From contig NC_043000.1 in assembly GCF_006345805.1 (NCBI RefSeq), positions 5,146,001 through 5,210,000 on the forward strand: 64,000 nucleotides of DNA. The letters run 5' to 3'. Source of the DNA: Octopus sinensis. Lineage: Eukaryota. The notes under the pieces were generated by a model, which saw nothing but the letters and a program-made list of their open reading frames with translations, was not told where the DNA came from and ran no database searches. The position numbers and the translations under genes were made by a program. This document shows, piece after piece, positions 51,591 to 64,000 of the stretch. The first letter of the stretch is position 1; every line of letters starts with the position of its first letter.

Positions 51591-51843
51591 TATATGTATG
51601 TATGTAGATATTATATATATTTAAATATATATTACATATCCATCCATCCATCCATCCATCCATCTCTCTATCTATTTATCTATCTATCTATCAATCTATC
51701 TATGCATAAGGCATGAAACTCAAGACAACAGATAAACATCCAATTGCAACAAATTTTTTACTCTGCGTGTATTGAACTCTCTTCTCCCATTTGTTTAACA
51801 CATTTCAGCATTCATTTACATCATACACAGCAATCTACCTACC

Positions 51844-51910
<67 letters not shown>

Positions 51911-51912
<2 letters not shown>

Positions 51913-52395
51913 CACCCACTACACTCACGGAGTGGTTGGCGTTAGGAAGGGCATCCAGCTGTAGAAACACTGCCAGATCAGACTGGAGCCTGGTGCAGCC
52001 TTCTGGCTTCCTAGATCCCCGGTCGAACCATCCAACCCATGGAGAACAGACGTTAAACGATGAGGATGATGATATATATATATATATAGACGTAGGAGTG
52101 GCTGTGTGGTAACTAGATCGCTTATCAACCACATGGCTCCGGGTTCAGTCCCACTGCGTAGCTCCTTGGGAAAGTGTTTTCTACTATAGCCTCAGGCTGA
52201 CCAAAGCCTCGTGAGTGGATTTGGTAGACGGTAACTGAAAGAAGCCTGTCGTATATATGTATATATATATGTATGTGTGTATATATGTTTGTGTGTCTGT
52301 GCTCATGCCTCCAACATTGCTCGACAACCGATGCTGGTGTGTTTACGTCCTGTAGCTTAGCAGTTTGGCAAAAGGCACCGATAGAATAAGTACTT
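51911..52395 (+). mobile_element. Family B fragment followed by SINE family A
   Basis: B block plus (GAT) tail to 52073, A head from 52089. Confidence 0.85.
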
Positions 52396-53445
52396 TATCA
52401 ACATGTCAACAAGACAATTAAAGGAGATTCAGCTGCTATTTCTACTAAGCTAAGAAGTGTTATAGAAGCATATTTTCTCAGCTTGTCCCTTCCTATATTT
52501 TGTTAGAAGCTCTGACCTATAAAAGTTTAATTAAAATAGCTCCTCCTCTGACAAATTAATTACAAATAAAATAAAGGTAACACAAAATACAAATATATAT
52601 ATATATATATACACACGCATGAATATATACATATGTGTGTGTGTTTATATATGTATATATATATATTTATATATATATTTTCACTGCTAAATGATATAGA
52701 GATTGAAAATGTTGGTAAGATTAATTGGAAACTTAATGAAATATGCCAAGTGAGACAATATAACAAAGTATATCTTTAATATACCTCATACACTTGAAAA
52801 AAACCAAATCAGTAATTAATCAACTTTTAATGAAACGTTCATGAAAAGTAATGTAAGTCATACACGTAAGAGAGATACTTAATGAAGCTTCTCTTTGCAA
52901 AACACACACAAAAACACATACACCTCTCCACATATATATAATTATACATACATATAAATGTACACAGACATATACACATATGGGTGTGCCTGTATTGATA
53001 TTATATATTATCCCTTGTGTACAGATAAGATACTTGCTGGTAGTAGTTGGCAGTGACATCAGTCCATCTTTGTGTTATGAAAGAAATAATGTTCCAGCCT
53101 TTAGCAAAATATTATTATAACAAGAAAGCATGGTTTACTGTGTAAGTCTTTAATGAAGGCTCTTTGCATGCACTTCATTCCTGCAGTCCTTTAGTTCGTA
53201 AATATCCTCAAGCTTTCAGCTGATGAGGTGAAATCGCTACTAATTTTAGCAGCACACCTGGCTACCCATGTGGTGACCAGCTTCTCTGTGACAATAAAAA
53301 AGTAAAGAATATATTCTTACCATTCAATGTTATGTTATTGAACATTTTGTCAACATGCTAATGGTTAGCTAATTAAGTTGAAGACCAACTTAATGATGGG
53401 TTATTTTGCTAATTCTTCATTATTTTAAAAACTAACTGAAACAAA

Positions 53446-53865
53446 GGTGTAGCTGTGTAGGAAGAAGCTTACTTTCCAAGCACATGGTTCTGGATTCAGT
53501 CCCACAGCTTGGTACCTTGGGCAAGTGTCTTCTAACACAGCCTTGGGCCAACCAAAGCCTTGTGATTGGATTCGTTAGACAGAAACTGAAAGAAGCCTAT
53601 CATATATATATATACATACATATATATATGCATGTATATATGTGTGTGTGTCTTTGTGTCTGTGTTTGTACCCCCACCACTGCTTGAAAACCAGTGTTGG
53701 TGTGTTTACATCTCTGTAAAATAGTGGTTTGGCAAGAGACCAATAAAATAAGTACTAGGCTTTAAAAGAAATAAGTCATGGGGTCGATTTATCTGACTAA
53801 AAAACTTAAAGATTTTGCCCCAGCATAGCCGTAGTCAAATGACTGTAACAAGTAAAAGAATAAAG
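53446..53865 (+). mobile_element. SINE family A
   Basis: Head, central microsatellite and tail. Confidence 0.85.
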
Positions 53866-54499
53866 AATAGAAGACTAAAAGGCAGTGTATTTCAACAGAA
53901 ATATGGTAACAAAAAAGAGGTTAATGCTCTTTGTACATTGATCTGTATAATTAAATTCCACTGAAGTCAGCTTTACCTTCCATCCTTTTGAGATTGATAA
54001 AATAAGTACCAGTTGGACACTGGGGTCAATGTAATCAACTTTTCCCATCCCTAAAATTGCTGGGCTTATGCCAAAGTTTAAAACCATTTCTAAGTTGGTC
54101 TTCAGAACATAAATGAAAATGAAGTTTTGATGAGAGGTTTAAATTTAGAATGCTTTCTTTGAAACAGGATGCTTGTATCATGAAGCAAAGGAGTGTTCTC
54201 AGACAGGTTGGTATCAAAAAGGTTAAGGGAAAGTCATTATCCTAAAGCATTATTCTACGCAGTTGAAACGTGATTCATTCTTCAAGCCAGTTCATCCCAT
54301 CCTTACTGATTTTATTGATGACCAGCCTGCAGCTGACTCAACTCTGTCTCAGTTACTTCAGCTTTTTATGTATAGGAGGTAAAGGCCAGTAGAACATCAT
54401 AGATCAACGGAATTGATCCACAAAATCAAGCTCAACTGTCATCTACCACAAGTAAATGAGATTAACAATTTATGGTATTAATACATTTAAAAAAAATAT

Positions 54500-55005
54500 T
54501 TTTATATAATCATTTCTTTATTGCCCATGGGGGAGGGGGCTAAACATAGAGGGGACAAACTAGGACAAAGGGATTAAATTGATTACAATGACCTCAGTGC
54601 TCAACTGGTACTTATTTAATCAACCCTGAAAGGATGAAAGGCAAAGTTGACCATGGCAGAATTTGAACTCAGAACTTAACAGCAGACGAAATACCTATTT
54701 CTTTACTACCCACAAGGGGCTAAACACAGAGAGGACAAACAAAGACAGACAAATGGATTCCCAGACTGGGCATTGTGAGTGTTTATTGAGCGAAAACACC
54801 TAAAGTTCCACGAGGCTCTGTCATGGGGTGGTGGCGAACCCTGCTGTACTCTTTCACCACAACTTTCTCTCACTCTTTCTTCTGTTGACCTGCTCACTTA
54901 GCCAGCATGGTGGCGTCGTTTGAAGGCCAAAACAATGCGAAACGCATTGTGACCAGCGATGTGTAGCAACATCTGATAGCCTGGTCAGTCATGGTGATCA
55001 CGGTG
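54500..55005. mobile_element. Composite of SINE C (minus, partially duplicated) and SINE D (plus)
   Basis: GGGGCTAAACA(T/C)AGAG(G/A)GGACAAAC appears twice; D-type body from 54760. Confidence 0.7.
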
Positions 55006-55315
55006 ATATATATATATATTCAGTGCACAATAAACATACATATATAAAAGAACAAAAGAAGGGCAATTATAGATATTATATATAGTGTCTCATATAAATA
55101 AATTCCTACCATCTACAATAGTTTCTCCATCTTTTGTCTCATTATTAGTTGCTCAAGCTATGAATTTCTTATAGCCAGCTATTGTTCTGCAAGACTAATT
55201 TACCCTAATTAGGAAGTTGGTGTTTAAGAATCCAACCAGTCCAAGTACTAATTTGATGGGTACTTATCTATTCTATGCTTATATTTACAACTTCCCAGAG
55301 TATTATATATATATA

Positions 55316-55757
55316 CTAGCAGCATAGCCCGGCGTTGCCTGGGTATGTAAGAGCCCCTAGTAGGCAACGACTAATCCCAATCTAGTCCTTTCCTTCTAGG
55401 GAACGAAGGCGCATGTGTAGGTTGCAATGTCTTCTCTTCACTTGAATACTTCTGTGTATACAATATTCCTAGCTGTCCCTTTGGGCGATAAAAAGGTCGA
55501 GTTGCATCCCCTAGACAGAAAATGTGTTGCATATAAAAAGCTTAGATTCTCGACCCCATGTCGAATTTATCGATTTTTTTTCAGAACTGGGGGAACTTTT
55601 CAAAATTTTTGCTACGTTAGTTTTGAATTATGACATTGGGCTATGTGTGTGTCAAGTTTCATCAGAATCGGTTGAAAGCCGTGGTCAGGGTGAGGGTACA
55701 ACCTGACAGATACACAGACACACAGACAGACAAACTGCCGTTTATATAGAGAGAGAT
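55316..55757 (+). mobile_element. Non-autonomous Helitron-like element (Lep1-like termini)
   Basis: 5' ACTAGCAGCATAGCCCGGCGTTGCCTGGG and 3' ACAGACAAACTGCCGTTTATATAGAGAGAGAT; different interior from 18665-19058. Confidence 0.7.
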
Positions 55758-56039
55758 ATATGTAAATATATGATGATGATGATGATGATAATGATGATGC
55801 TATGTATATATTATTTTAAACTGTTTGATTCAGCTCCATGTGACAAAGTTTTGTGAGCTGCGAACAGAAACCTGTCTCTTTCAGGTTTAAGTTACTGAAT
55901 ATATATATCTGCACCATCAGATGCTCTTGAACCAGTTGTTAAGTATCCCACCTGTGAGGAATTGATGGGAGATGTGTCGAAACAATTGTTGGGATTAATG
56001 AAAATTCCCGTCCCCTCATCTTCAATCTCACATTTACCA

Positions 56040-56410
56040 TATACATATAGACATGCACGTGCACACACATACATATATATATATATACATATATGTACAT
56101 ACATATACACATATATATATATACATACATGTACATACATATACACACATATATATATACATGTACATACATATACACATATATATATACATACATACAT
56201 GTACATACATATACACACATATATATATATATACATACATACATGTACATACATATACACGTATATATATATACATACATACATATATATATATATATAC
56301 ATACATACATATATATATATATACATACATACATATATATATATATACATACATACATATATATACATACATACATATATATACTACATACATATATATA
56401 TTATATAATA
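56040..56410. repeat. TA/TACA compound microsatellite
   Basis: Directly visible. Confidence 0.95.
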
Positions 56411-57035
56411 GATGCCAATAACATCGCTACAAGTTTCCCCCCCCCTCTTTCGTTCCTTTTTCTCTCTCTTTCCCTTTCTTTCGTTCCCCCTCCTTGCTCA
56501 GTAATTGAGAATTGCTACATAGATGAATTTTAGCTTGCGTGCGAGACGGTTTTGCGTGGAATATATGTACACCTGCTTTTATGTGAATTTTAGATTCATA
56601 TCATACGTCTGTATATGTATGTATGGCGTTTACGCGCATCCTTTTGTGTATGTTGATATTATCTGTGGATTTAATATAATAGTATTGCAGTATTTATACA
56701 GGTTTTAATTTCTATGCATTAATTTGTACTGTCTTCATTAACGGCAATAGGTTTTTTCCTCGGTTTTTTTCCTCGGATTTTATAATTTTTTATAATTTTT
56801 ATAAGTTTTTTTATATATATATACATATATTTTTGACTTTTGTTATCGCTCTGAAGATTGACCGTTTTTTTTCTAAAGGGCCAATCAAACAAGTCCATTT
56901 CTTTTAAAGGTGTAGCGTTTGGTAAGAGTATAGATTGAATTAATATATATGTCCATTCTAGCAAAACTGTCTGATGAACGCAACGAGAACTCAGAGTAAC
57001 AGATTTGTTGAATTTTCTGCTTGCTTAAAATAAAG
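56410..57035 (+). mobile_element. Penelope-like pLTR remnant with degenerate HHR motifs
   Basis: CTGT-CTGATGA-ACGCAACGA-GAA-CTCAGAG-TA-ACAG at 56967-57002 and CTGAAGA-TTGACC...GGCCAA at 56851; (TA)n flanks. Confidence 0.5.
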
Positions 57036-57082
<47 letters not shown>

Positions 57083-57592
57083 CATACATACATACATACA
57101 TACATACATCATACATACATACAACATACACATACACTACATATATACATACATACAGCTTTAATTACTTGAAGTTTGGTTGGTATACCACATGTCTACT
57201 TCAAGAGATATTTGGCCGCAGAGTGGAAAGAGTTTAAAAGAAATTGAAAAAGGGTTCCTAGGTATTTACAACCCTGTGAAACAGTGCAGGGCTGTGGTTG
57301 GTTTTGCTATCATACCAATAACTGGTGTGTTGGTCTGTTAGCAAAGACAACTTGTGTGTTTGAACTTATCACTTGAGACTTCTGTACATAGAAGCCCTTT
57401 TGAATTTCTTTTAAATTTTTTTAAGGTCTCTTTATAAACACTTGATGAAGTGGACATGTCCTATGCCAGTGTATATTCAAGTAATATGGAACCGAGTAAT
57501 GGTTGGGCATGGAGAAAAACAACGAAGATACTGGAATACAGGGGTTGCTACATAAGAAGAAATGTATTGATATAGCTTTAGTCTATATATAA

Positions 57593-57648
<56 letters not shown>

Positions 57649-57653
57649 ATATG

Positions 57654-57693
<40 letters not shown>

Positions 57694-57766
57694 AAAGGGT
57701 TGGTGTTTTGTTCTGATGAGTAGTGTGTTAGTCATGTGTGTGTGCATGTGGTTGTGTGTGTGTGCA

Positions 57767-57812
<46 letters not shown>

Positions 57813-57835
57813 GTGTATGTGTGTTTTATATATGT

Positions 57836-57950
57836 GTGATCATTGATGTAGCATCGATTATGTATCTAACATGGATCACGAAACAGCTGTCAACTAATGG
57901 AATAAACATCTATTCTCTCCCTTCACTTTTCTTATTTGATCAATGCAGAG
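57836..57950 (+). mobile_element. Truncated HHR-bearing fragment
   Basis: GTGATC...GATCAC stem II, then GAAAC-AGCT-GTC; the CUGANGA core is replaced by microsatellite. Confidence 0.55.
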
Positions 57951-58464
57951 ATAGAGACAGACAGACAGACAGAAAGACAGACATAGATAGATAGGTAACA
58001 ATAATGATATAGATATAGGTTGCATAGTCATTTGCACATAGTAAAGTCCTGGTCTGCAGCATTATGATAGTGAGGACTTCACTAAAGTCACTCAATAATG
58101 TGCTAGCAAGGTGTTAAAAAGGACGGATTATGTATGTGAACATACATAAGTGTTTAAAAGAGAAAGAAAGAGAGAGCATGTACAGTATGTGTAAGTTGTG
58201 TTTTGTGTGTATGTGTTGTTGTTGTTGTTGTTGTTGTTAAGCAACAAGACAGGTAAGGGTGATTAGGTTATGGTCTAGGACTTAGGGGTGGGACACCCCA
58301 GACCATGGAAAAAAAAAATTTGGGTGTCTTGTTGTAGTCGAGGGCTCTTCATTGACGCCCAACACCACTGAGAGGTGGCCCTCGAACTCACTGGAAATGG
58401 AGATCTCCAGGTCTAAATTCTTGGACAGCTGTGTGCATGTGTGTGTTGGTGTGTTTGTGCTCTC

Positions 58465-58757
58465 AGTCATTATGTAGTGAGTTCAATTCCTGAACTGGGC
58501 TGTCTGTTGTGCTCTTGAGCAAGACACTTTATTTCACGTTGCTCCACTTCCCTCATCTGTAGAAATGAGTTGCAATGTCACAGGTGCCAAGCTGTATTAG
58601 CCTTTGGTTTTCTCTTGGAGAACAGAGGTGGCGCAGAGAGGAGACGCTGGTGTGCATGCGCAACTGCTGGCCTTACATAAACAGCCTGACCCGAAATTGT
58701 AGAGTAACTTTCTAGGTACAATCCCATGGTCAGTCATGAATGAAGGGGTTCTTTACC
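58465..58757 (+). mobile_element. SINE family D subfamily
   Basis: GAGTTCAATTCC B-box, CTTGAGCAAGACAC core; tail shared with 36730-36905. Confidence 0.75.
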
Positions 58758-58811
58758 CTAAACCTTTATGTAGAGATAGAAAGAAAATAGAGACACAAAG
58801 ATTATATTCAG

Positions 58812-59218
58812 CATGGCTGTGTGGTAAGAAGCTTGCTTCCTAACCACATGGTTCAGGTCTCAATCCCATTGTGTGGCACCTTGGGTAAATGTCTTCGATT
58901 ATAGCCTCAGGCTGAGCAAAGCCTTGTGAGTGCATTTGATAGAATGGAATGGAAACTGAAAGAAGCTTGTCATATATATATATATATCTGTATGTGTGTG
59001 TGTCTTTGTGTCTGTGTTTCTCCACACCCCCACGCTACCATTTGACAGCTCGTATTGGCATGTTTAAGCCCTGTAACTTAGCGGTTCAGCAAAAGAACTG
59101 ATAGGATAAGTACCAGGTGTAAAAAAAAAAAAAACTGGGCTTCATTCATTCAACTAAAAATCCTTCAAGGTGGTGCCCCAGCATGGCCACAGACTAATGG
59201 CTGAAACATGTAAAGAAC
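58812..59218 (+). mobile_element. SINE family A
   Basis: Head, central microsatellite and tail. Confidence 0.85.
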
Positions 59219-59439
59219 ATAAGATGCTTGTGTGGGAATTCGTGTAAATTATTGTGTAAAGAACATGTAGCCTGTGTGTGTGTGTGTGTGTGTGGATAGT
59301 GAGGAAATGTAAAGAGAAAGAAAGAGAGAAAGGAGATGTGTAAAGAGAGAGAGAGAGAGAGTGTGAGTAATGTGAGTGATGAAGATGGGTTGTAGAGAGA
59401 TTGAGGAGAGAAATGAATAAGTATTCTAAGGAAAAACAC

Positions 59440-59544
59440 CAATGTTAGAAATATGTACGTGTGTGTGTGTGTGTGTGTGGAGAAATGTGTTTGGAAAACG
59501 GAAGAGTGCATGTGTAAGAGACTAGTGTAGAAAAACTAGTGTGC

Positions 59545-59579
<35 letters not shown>

Positions 59580-59760
59580 AATGTGTGCAGAAAATGGAAG
59601 AGTGTGTGTATAAGAGACTAGTGTAGAAAGACTAGTGTGTGTGTGTGTGTGTGTGTGGAGAAATGTGTGCGGAAAATGGAAGAGTGCATGTGAAAGAAAT
59701 TAGTGTAGAAAGACTAGTGTGTGTGCGTGTGTGTGTGTGTGTGTGTTTGTGTGTGTTTGT
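59440..59760. repeat. Three imperfect 80-100-bp units with (GT)n spacers
   Basis: GGAGAAATGTGT...GGAAGAGTG...GACTAGTGTAGAAAGACTAGTG repeated. Confidence 0.85.
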
Positions 59761-60366
59761 GGGTGAGTGGGTGTGAAGAAAGGATTAAAGGTAGACAAAC
59801 AGATATTTGTCAGTAAAAACCAGTATTAAAGGAGGGAGGGGAGAGGGAGAGAGAGGAAGAAAGAAATGCGCAATGTATGTGTGGAGAGAGAGAGAGAGAT
59901 AGAGAGACAGAGAGAAAGAGAGATACATAGTGTGTGTGGAAAAAGACAGAGAATGTGAAAGAGATAGACAGAGTGTGTGGTGAGAGATAGAAAAAGATAG
60001 ACAAAGTATATGGAGAGAGAAAGAGAGAGAGAGAGAGAGAGATACACCAAGTATGTAGAGAGACAGAGAGAGGGTGAAGGAGAGTTCACTTGTATGTATA
60101 GTAGTGTATAAAGATTTGCGTGGGGAGGGGAAGAGAATGTGTGTGTGTTTGTGCAAACTGGTAAGATGATGTATTCAGGTATCTTAAAATAGATAGATAG
60201 ATAGTTAGAGGGAGGGAGAGAGAGAGAGAGAGAAAGAGAGAAAGGGAGGGAGGGGTTGTGAGTAAAGAGAGAACACAGAAATTTGTGAGTTAAAAAAAAT
60301 AACCCAATACAATAATAAAAAATAATATTAACAAGGAATGCAAATATAAATGACCAAATTACATAC

Positions 60367-60445
60367 CTGTCTTAGTAGCAGGTAATAAACCAAAAGAGAA
60401 GATCAATCATTTTGAACTTACCTGTAATAGAAGAAAAGGTAAAAT
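60367..60445 (-). promoter_or_regulatory. Candidate recursive splice site (AG|GTAAGT) with a 55-nt cryptic exon
   Basis: Minus strand CTAAT-TTTACCTTTTCTTCTATTACAG|GTAAGT; 55 nt later CAG|GTATGT. Confidence 0.55.
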
Positions 60446-60605
60446 TAGAGAACATGTATAAGATGTTTGTACATATTGAATTTATAAATACAGGTGACAA
60501 AGTTAATACATAATATTTATAAATGCACATGACATGATGTTATTATATAATCGGCGAACAGGTGAACACAGGTGTCCATATAAAAATAAATATGAATATA
60601 TTCAA

Positions 60606-61022
60606 TAAGAAGCATGCTTCTCAACCACATGGTTCTGGATTCAGTACCATTGTATGGCACAAGTGTCTTCCACAATAGCCTCGGGCTGACCAAGGCCTTG
60701 TCAGTGGATTTGGTAGTCAGAAACTGAAAGAAGCTCGTTGTGTATATGTGTGTGTGTGTGAGTGTGTGTGTGAATATGTATATATGTATGTAGGTAGGCA
60801 TTTGCATGTGTGTGTCTGTATTTGTCCCCACCACACTGCCATCACTTGACAACTGATGCTGGTGTGTTTATGTCCCCGTAACTTAGCAGTTCAGCAAAAG
60901 AGGCTGATTGAATAAGGACTAGGCTTACAAAGAATAAGTCCTCGGATTGATTTCTTCAACTAAAACCCTTTGAAGCAGTGCTCCAGCATGGCCGCAGTCA
61001 AATGACTGAAACAAGCAAAAGA
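60606..61022 (+). mobile_element. SINE family A
   Basis: Body and tail match family A. Confidence 0.85.
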
Positions 61023-61064
61023 ATGTATTCATATATATGAAGTGCCAATCTCTAATTGTGGAGG

Positions 61065-61600
61065 ATGCACTCATGATTGCAAGATTGTGGTTTCAATTCC
61101 TAGACCAGGTGGTGTGTTGTGTTCTTGAGCAAAACACTTCACCGCCCGTTGCTCTACAATCACTTCAACACCTGACACCTGACATGCTGTGCACCTGTCC
61201 AGACAACATTGATTTGATGGAGAGGGTGAGCAAATATATGGCACGAACATTCGACCATCATAAACGAATTATTTGTTCAGGTCGTTCAACAAAAACTGAA
61301 CCCTTCTATGTTGTCTTTGAAGGGAGAGTCCCTCCTCATCATATATCATCATCATCATTGTTTAACGTCCGTTTTCCATGCTGGCATGGGTTGGACGGTT
61401 CGACCGGGGTCTGGGAAGCCAGGAGGCTGCACCAGGCTCCAGTCTGATCTGGCAGTGTTTCTACAGCTGGATGCCCTTCCTAACACCAACCACTCCGTGA
61501 GTGTAGTCGGTGCTTTTACGTGCCAGGGGAGGCTGGCATCGGCCACGTTCAGATGGTGCATTTTACATGCCACCGGCACAGGTATCATGACTATAATTTC
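61065..61600. mobile_element. SINE D (plus, to about 61320) followed by family B (minus, 61340-61600)
   Basis: Family cores as above. Confidence 0.75.
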
Positions 61601-62079
61601 CATTTGATATTTATTTTGATGTTGATGTTCTTGACTCAATATATGTAATGATTTTGCTTAGGAATATTAAAATACTTATACTTAAAAGTAAACCGTCAGG
61701 TGAGTACAGAGTGTAATATCAATTAATGAATGACAAAAGAACAAGGGTTACATAATCACTTTCATTAGCTTACAGTTGTTTCATTAGCTTAAACTTCATG
61801 TAAATGGCTCTGAAGAAGCTATAACATGTGACACGATCTCTTAGCACAGAGTGCAATGCTTCTTATGTAAACTAATAAAAATGATTACTTAACTGCTGGG
61901 GGTGGGGGAGGATTTTGTTTTTCCTAACTCTGAAGTTTTTTTTAACACTATATATCTTTTAAAAGGAGATTTCCCAGGTGAAAAAAACCCCACAGCTTCT
62001 GGCGTTTAAACAATACATGTACATAAAATATGTGATATTAACAATGTTTGCATTATAGAGCTGCTTCTAATAAATAATT

Positions 62080-62368
62080 TCAATTTATACATACATACAT
62101 ACATACATATGTACAGACACATATATGTATGTTATGTATTCAGATATTTATGTGTGTGTGCATATATTATATATAGATAGATATAGATATATACTTATAT
62201 ATCTATATATATACACATACATTCATGTATAGATATATATATATATATATATATATATGTACGCATAGATATATATATATATATATATACACACATACAT
62301 ATATGTATATATATACACATACATATATGGATATATACACATACATATATATATACACATACATACAA

Positions 62369-62399
<31 letters not shown>

Positions 62400-62436
62400 C
62401 ATATCTATACATACATATATATACATACATCTATAT

Positions 62437-62495
<59 letters not shown>

Positions 62496-62610
62496 CCTAT
62501 CTATCTATCTATATATATATATGTATATATATATTACATATATATACACACACATACGTACATATATATATGTGTTCACATACATATATATATATATACA
62601 TATATATGAA
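62080..62610. repeat. TA/TACA microsatellite field
   Basis: Directly visible. Confidence 0.95.
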
Positions 62611-63087
62611 TTTACCATTTCTTTTCTTTTTGCCTAGACACAAAGAGTAAGCAAATGTTTGTGTCTGTGAGGACACTTACCATAAAATAAACAAGATGAA
62701 GTCATACAGGAAGCAAGAATGGTTTGATTGAAAACATAGGTCAGTATTTCTTTGAGGGAAATAATGAGAATTTAATATTAATGTCTTCCATAAGAAACTG
62801 CATTGTTTTATTATTAAATTATAAAATGTTCTGTGTGGTTTGGGCTTCTAGAAAACTTGGCTGAAACATAATTTCTGATAAGTCATATAAACATTTATTA
62901 CGCATTACACATGTGTAATAAATGTGGGACTCTTTTTGTGGTAGTTTAAACTTGTTAGGAATAGAAATAGCAACCAAATCTCCCTCCAAAAATACATTGC
63001 ACCCTATTTTTTTTAAACTCTTTTATTACTATGTTTCTGTTGAGACAAACACAAATGCAGAAACATACACACGTACATGCATATAGG

Positions 63088-63504
63088 AACAGGAGTGGCT
63101 GTGTGGTAAGTAGCTTGCTTACGAACCACATGGTTCCAGGTTCAGTCACACTGCGTGGCACCTTGGGCAAGTATCTTCTACTATAGCCTTAGGCCAACCA
63201 AAGTCTTGTGAGTGGATTTGGTAGACGGAAACTGAAAAGAAGCCCGTCGTGTATATGTATACGGACGTTAAATGATGATGATGATGATGATGATGATGAT
63301 GTATATGTGTGTTTGTGTTTGTTCCCCTAACATCACTTGACAACCGATGCTGGTGTGTTTATGTCCCCGTAACTTAGCGGTTCGGCAAAAGAGACCGATA
63401 GAATAAGTACTGGGCTTATAAAGAATAAGTCCTGGGGTCGATTTGCTCGACTGAAGGCGGTGCTCCTGCATGGCCACAGCCAAATGATTGAAACAAGTAA
63501 AAGG
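63088..63504 (+). mobile_element. Full-length SINE family A with a short family B tail in its centre
   Basis: CGGACGTTAAAT(GAT)n at 63262-63300 inside the central microsatellite. Confidence 0.9.
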
Positions 63505-64000
63505 GTATCCATACATACATACAGGCCTACATAAATGTATACAGACATAGGTGCATGTTTTAGTACAAAACATCCACCCCCAACCTATTGACAGATATGC
63601 AGTTCACACGTATTGGCATATTGGCATAAACAGTTATTGGAACTAATATCTCTGTTATCACGTAGCTAATTAGTATTATTTATATGTTGTTTCGAGACTA
63701 ATATTGAATTTTTATTGCATATTTATACATTTATGGCTGTTGCATATGAGAAATACGTGGGAGAATTTGTGTATCTTTACATGTGAAATAGAATAGATAC
63801 GTTTATCTGTGATGTATCTTAATTTTCATGTGTGTGTGTTAGTGTGTGTATGTGAATATGTGTGTGTGTGTGTGTGCGTGTGTGTGTGCATGGGGTTATA
63901 TGTGAGTGTAAATGTGCGAGTGTGTATGTGTAATTGTGTATGTATGTATGTGTGTGTGTGTGAGTGTGTGTGCATATACATGTGTTTGTGTTTGTGGATG

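Noticed and set aside
53216-53250. CTGATGA-GGT-GAAA-TCGC-TA hammerhead-like string
   Set aside because: No stem II, stem III mismatch, only 2-bp stem I.
53180-53320. Minus-strand acceptor TTTTTTATTGTCACAG at 53286 with GTAAGA 35 nt upstream
   Set aside because: 35 nt is too short for a normal intron, no downstream frame is recognisable, and there is no clear donor.
55892-56533. Cluster of 120-158 aa Y/I/H/M/C-rich ORFs (also at 7.4, 48.7 and 62.2 kb)
   Set aside because: Translations of TA/TACA microsatellites, which lack stop codons in some frames.

Overview
AT-rich, microsatellite-saturated animal genomic DNA. The repeat families point to a cephalopod, probably Octopus (inference). I find no supportable protein-coding host exon in 64 kb, and nearly all listed ORFs are microsatellite or SINE read-through. 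The window is a patchwork of four SINE-like families, decayed LINEs (CR1/L2-like, R4/Dong in (TAA)n, RTE-like), Tc1/mariner and hAT MITEs, a DD37D (maT) transposase remnant, Helitron/Helentron-type non-autonomous elements and Penelope-like fragments. Two signals stand out. First, there is a series of hammerhead ribozyme (HHR) motifs in (TA)n-flanked inserts. The best is a non-coding 294-bp-period element at 9.4-10.1 kb with an apparently intact type I HHR that has a compensatory U3-A8 core and a roughly 50-bp rod-like stem I, making it a candidate retrozyme or non-autonomous Penelope derivative. Second, a strong minus-strand AG|GTAAGT recursive-splice-type site with a 55-nt all-frames-closed exon lies at 60.37-60.44 kb, suggesting the window lies in a giant intron. 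All calls were made by eye, without database searches, and interspersed-repeat boundaries are approximate (about 10-30 bp).
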